Virus record (IMG/VR): IMGVR_UViG_3300045988_028447
Span: 1 to 17,756 of that record
Length of the DNA: 17,756 bases
Reading direction: 5' to 3' (one strand)
Origin: a virus
Below the pieces are notes generated by a model. It was given only the letters and a program-made list of their open reading frames with translations, did no database searches and had not been told where the DNA came from. The first letter of the stretch is position 1, and each line of letters starts with the position of its first letter. A program made the position numbers and the translations under genes. Below, in pieces: positions 1-6,513 of this stretch.

Positions 1-119
1 TGCTGTCTTCTGTTTGTTTTCGTCTTTTTTTATTGCCGGTTTTTGTTGTTGTTTTGTTTCATGGTTTGGGTGCGTGGTTTTTTTATTGTTTTTTGTTGTT
101 CCAGCGTGTCGTGTTTTGG
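1..119. repeat. Left inverted terminal repeat (ITR-L)
   Basis: Positions 1-119 equal the reverse complement of 17638-17756 base for base. Identity ends at 120 (g versus t). The repeat is T/G-rich and A-poor with TTGTT/GTTTT runs. Confidence 0.97.
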
Positions 120-193
120 GTGTGTTGTTGTGTGGGTTTTGTTTGTGGTGGGGTGTGTGTGGGATTGTTTTGTTGAATGGTTTTTTTCTTGCA

Positions 194-222
194 TAAGAAA
201 AGCCCCGCATTTTGCGGGGCTT
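194..222 (-). terminator. Rho-independent terminator closing the late/lysis operon (hairpin is symmetric, possibly bidirectional)
   Basis: Stem aagccccgc (200-208) pairs with gcggggctt (214-222) around a 5-nt loop. On the minus-strand RNA it is followed by UUUUCUU. It lies 16 nt after the endolysin stop (238-240). Confidence 0.85.
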
Positions 223-237
223 GTTTTTGTTGTGGTG

Positions 238-1110
238 TTATTCTACTGTGATGTGGAGGCTGTCGAGTTTGGCTTTTACGGCGTCTTGTATGGTCTGTGT
301 GATGGTGTCGTGGTCGGCTCCCATGCTTTCGGAGAGTGCTTTGACTGCTGCGGTGAGTGCGGCTATTTGGGTGATGAGTTGGCTGGTTTTGTTGTCGATG
401 CTGGCTATTCGGTCGCCGAGTTTGGCTCCTCCTTGGATTGGCTGTTCGATGACGAGGTTTCCTAGTGGGGATGCGTGGGTTTTGTTGTCCCATTGTGAGA
501 GGCGGAAGAGTTCGGTTTTGGTGGCGTTGGCTGCCATGTCGGTGCCTTGCATGCGGTCGCGCATTTTTACGCCGTTTTGGTTGAAATTCCACACGTCTTC
601 TGCTGACATGTTGTCTTCTCCTTGTAGTAGTTGGTTTGCTTTGTTGATGACGTAGTTTACGTCAAGACTGTTGGGTGCGCGGTCGGGGCATCCGGCGTGG
701 TCGGTGCCGGGTATTTCGCGGTGGAGCCAGATGTTGCCTTTGAGGCTGTCGTGGTAGAGGTGTGTCCATCCTTGTCGTCGGGCGATGTCGGCGCAGAGTT
801 TGGCTGATGCGTCCATGCATGCTTGGGTGCATGGGATGCCGTTCATGCCGCCTTCGTGTTCGATGCTGATGGTACTGTTGTTGCTCGCGTAGTTGGCGTC
901 GCTCCAGCTGCCGTCGTTTTCGCTGACGTATTGGTGGATGGTACCGTCTCCTCCGATGCCGTAGTGGGCTGAAGCTCCGTTGGGATGTTGGAATACGCTG
1001 TCCGTGCCGGTGAGGTGGCCGACCATGATGTGTAATGTGATGTGGGTGATGTGGTATCCGTTGCGGCCTTGATAGTGGTTTGGTGAGCCTATCCATGTGA
1101 TGTTGTTCAT
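238..1110 (-). CDS. Endolysin, N-acetylmuramoyl-L-alanine amidase (Amidase_2/PGRP fold) with a non-canonical C-terminal region
   Basis: Start ATG at 1110 (MNNITWIGSPNHY...) is preceded by aaggaaaaa. Upstream of that Met the listed ORF is out-of-context overlap with the holin gene. Amidase_2 signatures are present: HITLHIMVG, SAHYGIGGDGTIHQYV, ISIEHEGG, HREIPGTDHAGCPD. Confidence 0.9.
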   Translation of the reverse strand: MNNITWIGSPNHYQGRNGYHITHITLHIMVGHLTGTDSVFQHPNGASAHYGIGGDGTIHQYVSENDGSWSDANYASNNSTISIEHEGGMNGIPCTQACMDASAKLCADIARRQGWTHLYHDSLKGNIWLHREIPGTDHAGCPDRAPNSLDVNYVINKANQLLQGEDNMSAEDVWNFNQNGVKMRDRMQGTDMAANATKTELFRLSQWDNKTHASPLGNLVIEQPIQGGAKLGDRIASIDNKTSQLITQIAALTAAVKALSESMGADHDTITQTIQDAVKAKLDSLHITVE

Positions 1111-1112
1111 GG

Positions 1113-1478
1113 TTATTTTTCCTTGTGGTTTGGATTGTCGGGGTTTTGGCTGAAGATGCGCATGAATTCCGCTTGCGCTAGTTCGGGATTGATTTTGCCG
1201 ATGTTTTCGATGATGCTGGACAGTTCGATGAGCACTATACCTATGGTGACTATCGGGGTTAATGTGTTGCGAAAGCCGATGTCTATGTGCTTCATTTCGA
1301 AGTCGATGAACCATGCGATGAAGAATACGCAAAGATAGGTGAATTTATGCCCAAGACCTTCCCGCATTTTCGTACTGGATAGGTTGCCGTGCATTACGGC
1401 GCCGATGATTCCGGTAACGTAGTCCATGATGGTGAACACGAGTACGGCTAGAATTTCGTAAAATAAGGTTTCCGTCAT
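1113..1478 (-). CDS. Holin (phage_holin_4_1 / LL-H-TcdE-like family)
   Basis: The 121-aa product has three hydrophobic segments and a charged C-tail. The motif DYVTGIIGAVMHGNLSSTKMREGLGHK is typical of holin_4. RBS GAGGAA lies upstream of the ATG at 1478, and the gene sits directly upstream of the endolysin. Confidence 0.85.
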   Translation of the reverse strand: MTETLFYEILAVLVFTIMDYVTGIIGAVMHGNLSSTKMREGLGHKFTYLCVFFIAWFIDFEMKHIDIGFRNTLTPIVTIGIVLIELSSIIENIGKINPELAQAEFMRIFSQNPDNPNHKEK

Positions 1479-1485
1479 CGTTTCC

Positions 1486-2610
1486 TCACTTTCTTATACC
1501 CGATTGTTGTAACAAGCCGCCAAGAATCATACTGAATTCCGCCTTGATTTGCGGTGTTTCGAACCGTAGCCGGCCTACACGATAGGCGTTCAATATCTTT
1601 TGCGTCATATCATCCGAACGTTTGAGCATGATGCAATCCTTATCGACCAGCCGATAATCGAACGTAAAGTCGCGGGTGATTTTCGGCTGTTTCTTCGTAA
1701 TGACATACAATACCTCATCGGCATCGCTTAATTGTTGATATACGTTGAAGACACCGTATTCGGTGGTTCTCAGCGTGAACGCATAACCGGCGTTGTCGAA
1801 ATCGCTGATGAGGGTGTTGGCGTTGTCCCTGAAATCATTGTCGATGGCATAGTTCGCATAGTTCTCGTCATAGTTGCGTAGGAACGTACCGAATTTCGAT
1901 GTGGCGACCTTGGCGCTGAATCCGCCGTAATCCGCCAATTCGACCATGATAAATCCGTCGCAATAGCGCTGGTATTGCGTGTGATGGTCAAGCTGTGGCT
2001 TGAGGTTGATGTTGAAGGCGCTGAAATATGGGTTGGCGAGGGTTACGGCATTGCTGCACATGATGACCCTCACACGGTCGTTCCACCTGTCGACGGTATT
2101 GTAGAACTCTTCGAGCGCCGTGACTTCGCCGCCGAGATAACGCATGTTATCGGGAAATATTTCATCGAAGATGATGGTCCGTACCTTGGGGTAGGCGACC
2201 GACTTGACCTGTCCGGCCTGGCTGAGGGCGATGAAATACCCCATGATATGCCATGTCGGGCGTGTCTTACCATGCTTGTCGACGGTGGCGTCCCTATCGT
2301 CCAGCCAACGGCATTCCGCCTGATTGCCGGACACCCTGAAATCCAAATCCGGGTATTGTTCCGCAATGTCCGCAAACCACGTGCCCTTGTTCTTCTGTTC
2401 TTCCGCAGTGCGTCGCAGATAGACGAATTGCCAGCGTTTCCTAATCCAGTCGCCGATGACCAGTTTCTTGGCACCATAGGTCTTGCCGAGACCGCGGGCA
2501 CCGATGACGAACATCCAAGGCGCGTGATATGACAGCACGTGCCCATAGTCGTAGTAATCACCTTCGTCCAACAATCGTTCCATGTTATCCATACTATCAT
2601 AAGACAACAA
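1486..2610 (-). CDS. DNA encapsidation ATPase (phi29 gp16-like)
   Basis: VLSYHAPWMFVIGARGLGKTYGAKK matches the gp16 N-terminal region and Walker A motif as I recall it (MLSYDRILNFVIGARGIGKSY). A Walker B-like IIFDEIF is also present. The start is uncertain: TTG at 2610 (GGTGG about 10 nt upstream), or ATG at 2592 or 2583. Confidence 0.9.
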   Translation of the reverse strand: MLSYDSMDNMERLLDEGDYYDYGHVLSYHAPWMFVIGARGLGKTYGAKKLVIGDWIRKRWQFVYLRRTAEEQKNKGTWFADIAEQYPDLDFRVSGNQAECRWLDDRDATVDKHGKTRPTWHIMGYFIALSQAGQVKSVAYPKVRTIIFDEIFPDNMRYLGGEVTALEEFYNTVDRWNDRVRVIMCSNAVTLANPYFSAFNINLKPQLDHHTQYQRYCDGFIMVELADYGGFSAKVATSKFGTFLRNYDENYANYAIDNDFRDNANTLISDFDNAGYAFTLRTTEYGVFNVYQQLSDADEVLYVITKKQPKITRDFTFDYRLVDKDCIMLKRSDDMTQKILNAYRVGRLRFETPQIKAEFSMILGGLLQQSGIRK

Positions 2611-2642
2611 CGGCCGGCAGCCACCACCGGTCCACCATCATG

Positions 2643-3905
2643 TCAGAAATTCGGCGGCGCACCAGACCCATCCCACACATTCAACAACGAATAAGCGGTA
2701 TTATAGCGAGTCCCATACGATCCGAACGGTGACGTGCCCAGGATATTATCATACAACTGCCTAAGAGTCGAAGCGTGCGGCACCCTCAACGCACCCGCCG
2801 GACTCTGATGATAGGCACACGTCCACAATATCTGCATTTTCGCATCATCATACTTCTGCGGATAACCCTCATAATCCTGCGCAAACCGATTCCGCTGGCC
2901 CTGACGCGATTCCGGACGCCGCGCCCACGCCTGAAATGCGGCAACCTCGCCACCGGTCATCGCCCTATCGAACGTGCCACCCGACTCCATAAGCGCGGCA
3001 ATATCCGGCGCGGCGGCAGCAAACGCCCCATACCCTACAGCGTCAACCGCTTTCATAGCGTTCAACACTTGCAAACGCCTACCGAACGACCATTGTGCGA
3101 TGCCAATGCCCTGACGATTCGACTCGACGGCATCCCAACGCAACGACGACTCCACGGAACCGATGACATAAAGCGCATACGAGCTTCCCCCATCACCCAC
3201 GCTTGGCGTACCCTGACCATGATCGGCGTCCGGCTGACCCGAACCACCACGATACACCCACGTCTGAGCACTCGACCTGTAAAAAACAGCTTGCGACGAC
3301 GTCGTACCCGAACCACTATGATATACGAGATTATCGCCCTGCAATTGAATCCACGAGGAAACATTACCATCCACATTCACACCCGGATTATTACCACCCG
3401 TCGGATTATCCCCGGATTCCGGAGGTTCCGGCAATACCGTAGGATGCAGATAGCCGAGAAGCTGAGACCCCTTCAACAATGGCAGCGTCTGATGTACGGC
3501 AGGCGTCGGATTCTGAGTCAACACGTCGATGGAATCCCCCCGGACACCACCCCACACGATAGCCACGTGACTACCAGTGTAGATTCGACTACCGAACGTC
3601 CAGAACACCACATCACCCATGTGAGGCGTATAATCAGCGTCCTTCCTCTCGAACACGCGCCCCACCGCCGCCGTACTGGGAAACCTGGTATAATTACCCT
3701 CCGCATAACCCGTCGGAGTGATGCAATCCCCCAACGACAGATTATAATTATCCATGCAATACTTCGCCCACAAATCCCAACATTGAGCGCCGTAAGCCCC
3801 ATCCATATCCCAATACTGGTTCTGAGTACGTTCCAACCATGCTTGAACATCTACCATGACATCAGTATACCCCGCCCGGAGTACCGGACGGGGTATGGTC
3901 CACAT
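2643..3905 (-). CDS. Tail-associated peptidoglycan hydrolase: N-terminal CHAP peptidase plus C-terminal phi29 gp13-type tail lysozyme domain
   Basis: CHAP catalytic Cys context GAQCWDLW and His context GSHVAIVW are present. The C-terminal IGSVESSLRWDAVESNRQGIGIAQWS resembles the gp13 N-domain motif GNMQSES...GFGLVQWT. A G/P/S-rich linker joins the two domains. The start may be ATG 3905 or ATG 3857. Confidence 0.8.
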   Translation of the reverse strand: MWTIPRPVLRAGYTDVMVDVQAWLERTQNQYWDMDGAYGAQCWDLWAKYCMDNYNLSLGDCITPTGYAEGNYTRFPSTAAVGRVFERKDADYTPHMGDVVFWTFGSRIYTGSHVAIVWGGVRGDSIDVLTQNPTPAVHQTLPLLKGSQLLGYLHPTVLPEPPESGDNPTGGNNPGVNVDGNVSSWIQLQGDNLVYHSGSGTTSSQAVFYRSSAQTWVYRGGSGQPDADHGQGTPSVGDGGSSYALYVIGSVESSLRWDAVESNRQGIGIAQWSFGRRLQVLNAMKAVDAVGYGAFAAAAPDIAALMESGGTFDRAMTGGEVAAFQAWARRPESRQGQRNRFAQDYEGYPQKYDDAKMQILWTCAYHQSPAGALRVPHASTLRQLYDNILGTSPFGSYGTRYNTAYSLLNVWDGSGAPPNF

Positions 3906-3914
3906 GAAACGCCG

Positions 3915-5375
3915 TCACTCCCTGCCGATAGGAGTGAAACTCTGGGGCGTAATCCAACAACTACCAGACAACGCGCCGCCGCCGACAACACCGGTTATAG
4001 CCAGAACGCCGCCATCCAAATGGGCAAACGCCAGCTGATTGCCCGCATCACCCAGAATCATGACGAAATTATCACCAAGGCCGATGAAGTTCGGTAGCTT
4101 CGCAATAGTACCGGACGGACTGGAAGCAGTGAACTTCGCAGTAAGCGTCACCACGCCGCCCGCAAAACGCCAATGAAGCTTACCCGAACAACCACCGGTC
4201 ATCTCCACCTCGCCGGAAAGCTCACCCATGCACGGCTCACAATCGCCCGCAATGGTCGAAGCGAGAATACCGGCAATATAATTCGCACCGTTCGCATTGT
4301 AATGAGGGTCGCCCTCCTTAGCGAACCAATCAGAATGGCCCATGCCGAGCGTCCACGTCCACGGATGCCATGTCAAGCCATTCGCCGCCGCCGCCGAAGC
4401 GATGCCATTCATCGCCCGGGCGTTCTCGGACGGAATGATCGCATTATCCCAAAGGAAAATAGCATGAGCCGAAGCATTCGGAAAATTCCGGCCCGCACGC
4501 GGCCCGGTACCCAGCAGCGCATCGAACACGCCAAGCGCCGAATCATACGCATCGCCGACATCGTTCCTACCACCGCAAACCACCACATACTTAACCTTCC
4601 TACGGGCGTCGACATCCATTGCGGAAAGCGCCTCGCTGGCGAGGGTAAGGAACGTCTTACCCCCATCGCCCGCCCTACCATAGCCACTGGCATTATTGGC
4701 GAACACATGCAGATTAAGCCCCAGCTTCGACGCGACACGCTGAGGAATACGCTTGCTTTCGGCAAGCGCGGCCATCCCCGGCTGAAAACCGGTACTGACA
4801 CTGTCACCAATCCACACCAGTTCGGTAAGGTCGGTGGTCACGGCAGCGACGGCATTCACGGCAGTCTGCGCGGCGACAGCCGTCGACTTCGCCACACCGG
4901 CATCATCCTTCGCCGTAATGGCAGTGGAATTGATGCTCGCCGCCGTACCGGAATATCCACCCAATTGCAGATAACGGCCATCCGCCTCGCCCCTGGTATA
5001 CACGGAGCCAGCATCCACCTTACCTGCAAGAGCGCCGGAATCAGCCTTGCCATTGATGGCAGTCAGCAGATTGCGCGCCGTGACTTCGGAAGTGACGCCA
5101 AGTTCGCCGAAATAGCCGTTCAATTCGGTGATGTCGGTCCTATTGGCCTGCGCAAGATCCAAGGCGCCATCGGCTGCGGTCTTCGCCTGACCCGCCGCCG
5201 CGCCCGCATTGTTCGCCGCCGCCGTCGCCGTAGTGATATCGGTCGCGTTCCTATACATCTGCCCATCGATTCGGCTCATGTCCGCGGTATAATCACCACG
5301 CCACGACGGCTTGTCGTCCGGACTGTCGCCGAACTGGCTGAGATTATAATGAGGGGTCTTATTGACACTACTCAT
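3915..5375 (-). CDS. Tail fibre / appendage protein with C-terminal SGNH (GDSL) esterase domain and terminal beta-rich knob
   Basis: ATG at 5375 has GAGGAA 8 nt upstream; the track start at 5396 is a TTG. The N-terminus TPHYNLSQFGDSPDDKPSW...DMSRIDGQM is a common phage-fibre anchor motif, and the shaft motif VYTRGEADGRYL follows. SGNH blocks are VWIGDSVSTG (I), VVCGGRNDVG (III) and GDPHYNANG (V). Confidence 0.8.
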   Translation of the reverse strand: MSSVNKTPHYNLSQFGDSPDDKPSWRGDYTADMSRIDGQMYRNATDITTATAAANNAGAAAGQAKTAADGALDLAQANRTDITELNGYFGELGVTSEVTARNLLTAINGKADSGALAGKVDAGSVYTRGEADGRYLQLGGYSGTAASINSTAITAKDDAGVAKSTAVAAQTAVNAVAAVTTDLTELVWIGDSVSTGFQPGMAALAESKRIPQRVASKLGLNLHVFANNASGYGRAGDGGKTFLTLASEALSAMDVDARRKVKYVVVCGGRNDVGDAYDSALGVFDALLGTGPRAGRNFPNASAHAIFLWDNAIIPSENARAMNGIASAAAANGLTWHPWTWTLGMGHSDWFAKEGDPHYNANGANYIAGILASTIAGDCEPCMGELSGEVEMTGGCSGKLHWRFAGGVVTLTAKFTASSPSGTIAKLPNFIGLGDNFVMILGDAGNQLAFAHLDGGVLAITGVVGGGALSGSCWITPQSFTPIGRE

Positions 5376-5427
5376 GGTGAAGTTCCTCGCTTTCAATACT
5401 ACGGGTAGGCGTTTTTACTCGAACAAC

Positions 5428-5456
5428 ATTATAATCATCGGAATATCACGTGTCCA
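5428..5456 (-). promoter_or_regulatory. Sigma-70-type promoter upstream of the fibre gene
   Basis: On the minus strand TGGACA (5451-5456) is followed by a 17-nt spacer and TATAAT (5428-5433). It lies about 50 nt upstream of the fibre ATG, in the only sizeable gap of the late block. Confidence 0.5.
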
Positions 5457-5785
5457 ATCACACGGCACTCAAGCCCGTGACATCCGGGACCACGGCGACA
5501 GTGAACGCCGACACCCGAAACCCCAAACCGGCAATGCGGGACGTCAATGCGAAAAACGTCCGAAATACCGCTCACGAACGCAAGACGTTGCCATGAACCC
5601 CACGCATCGCCATGGATACGACATGCAATGAACGATCCCCCATCGCCCCCCGACCCATCCAACCATAGCCGGGCGATATCGACATTCCCACACCCCATCA
5701 ACATGCCGTCATACGCAACCGCCGCCAATCCACCCCCACCGCCCGTCCATGACGCCGCGTAAATCACCGCGTCAACCTTCGACAT
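5435..5785 (-). CDS. Hypothetical G/W/C-rich protein; coding status doubtful, possibly the remnant C-terminal part of a decayed fibre gene
   Basis: The 116-aa ORF has only a weak RBS (gatggcggcATG). It is in the same frame as the upstream fibre-like ORF but separated from it by four in-frame stops. The first ~75 aa look protein-like and the tail (HCRRGPGCHGLECRV) does not. Confidence 0.3.
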   Translation of the reverse strand: MSKVDAVIYAASWTGGGGGLAAVAYDGMLMGCGNVDIARLWLDGSGGDGGSFIACRIHGDAWGSWQRLAFVSGISDVFRIDVPHCRFGVSGVGVHCRRGPGCHGLECRVIGHVIFR

Positions 5786-5971
5786 GCCGCCATCATGATC
5801 GCCGGCATACGCAGGGCGGTCATCCTACGCATACCGGCTTAACCCGTAACGTTCGACATGATCGGTGGCCGTCATGACCACACCTCGCGGCTCCCGAAGT
5901 CCGACACGGTCGGATCACGCCGGACATAGGCGGCGTCCGCGTCAAGCCCGGTCAAGCAAACGCCAGTCGGT

Positions 5972-6511
5972 TCACCCCTCGGGAACGCTCCTGCCGTAAG
6001 GGAATTGGGACCGTCCCGGAAAATCCCCGGGCACGCAATTATCGACGGCAGTGGCGCGGAGATCATATTCGCGGGCGCTCAATCCCAGACCGTCATACGT
6101 GGATGCCTCAAGTTCCATGCCGTCATAATCGGACCAGAACAGCGCATGGTCACGGACATTGTCGTACATGCCATCAAGCACCGTCTGCAAGGCGTCTTGC
6201 CTGCCATACGCCGGCGACCACGCCAATCCGGTGGACTGTGACTGTTCGACGAGCCGGACAAGCTCCTCGCGGAGGGTGGCCATCTGGCGGGCCAGATCGT
6301 CGGCAAGCTGCCGGACGGTGGCGTCATTGTCCGCAATCGACTGGTTCACCTGTTCGACCAGCGTATTGAAATCGGATTGCAAACCGTCGAGATTACACCG
6401 GATGCATTCAATCAGTTGCAACGTGGTCGCCCCGTCACGGTAAGTGAACGGCACCGACGTTGGAATGCGCACCAGCGGATAGGCGCGCGAAACAAGGGCA
6501 TTGACTGACAT
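5972..6511 (-). CDS. Short fibre-like structural protein (N-terminal anchor plus coiled coil)
   Basis: ATG at 6511 has GGGAG 5 nt upstream. PFTYRDGATTLQLIECIR resembles the N-terminus of actinophage minor-tail/fibre proteins. A heptad-like stretch (LVEQVNQSIADNDATVRQLADDLARQMATLREELVRLVEQ) and YDGLGLSAREYD follow. The last ~25 aa look non-protein-like. Confidence 0.6.
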   Translation of the reverse strand: MSVNALVSRAYPLVRIPTSVPFTYRDGATTLQLIECIRCNLDGLQSDFNTLVEQVNQSIADNDATVRQLADDLARQMATLREELVRLVEQSQSTGLAWSPAYGRQDALQTVLDGMYDNVRDHALFWSDYDGMELEASTYDGLGLSAREYDLRATAVDNCVPGDFPGRSQFPYGRSVPEG

Positions 6512-6513
6512 TG

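Noticed and set aside
14-465. ORFs 14-196 and 43-465 (plus strand), and the N-terminal 49 codons of ORF 17357-17743, which read through the ITRs
   Set aside because: The translations are Phe/Cys/Val/Gly strings produced by the T/G-rich terminal repeat. The same 'protein' appears at both ends only because of the ITR, and no RBS is present.
83-1332. Alternative-frame minus ORFs 83-592 and 662-1096, and the N-terminal extension (1111-1332) of the endolysin ORF
   Set aside because: These are His/Arg/Pro/Gln-rich junk frames overlapping the endolysin and holin genes. The endolysin has a clean RBS-ATG at 1110, right after the holin stop.
3686-3694. A plus-strand TGgTATAAT extended -10 box inside the tail-lysin gene. 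Other plus-strand TATAAT hexamers lie near 4275, 5288, 7713 and 10314.
   Set aside because: They point antisense into coding sequence with no downstream plus-strand gene. A few chance TATAAT hexamers are expected in a genome of this size.
5630-5745. G-runs on the minus strand (GGGTCGGGGGGCGATGGGGG and GGGCGGTGGGGGTGG) as possible G-quadruplexes
   Set aside because: The tract and loop arrangement does not give four clean G3 tracts. The runs are more simply explained by Gly/Trp codons or by the general G-richness of the coding strand.
5825-5974. The idea that the four in-frame stops (3 x TGA, 1 x TAG) between the fibre-like ORF and ORF 5435-5785 reflect stop-codon recoding or read-through
   Set aside because: TGA is used as a genuine terminator by the capsid, knob, connector, ATPase and other genes here. 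The inter-stop peptide segments also do not look like protein.
5872-6066. A 64-aa minus-strand ORF overlapping the 3' end of the fibre-like gene in another frame. It ends in an ATGA overlap with a 16-codon micro-ORF that has a GAGGTG RBS.
   Set aside because: Its own ATG has no RBS, its composition is unconvincing, and I could not define a credible frameshift site linking it to the upstream gene. It is folded into the finding on the anomalous 5435-6066 region instead.
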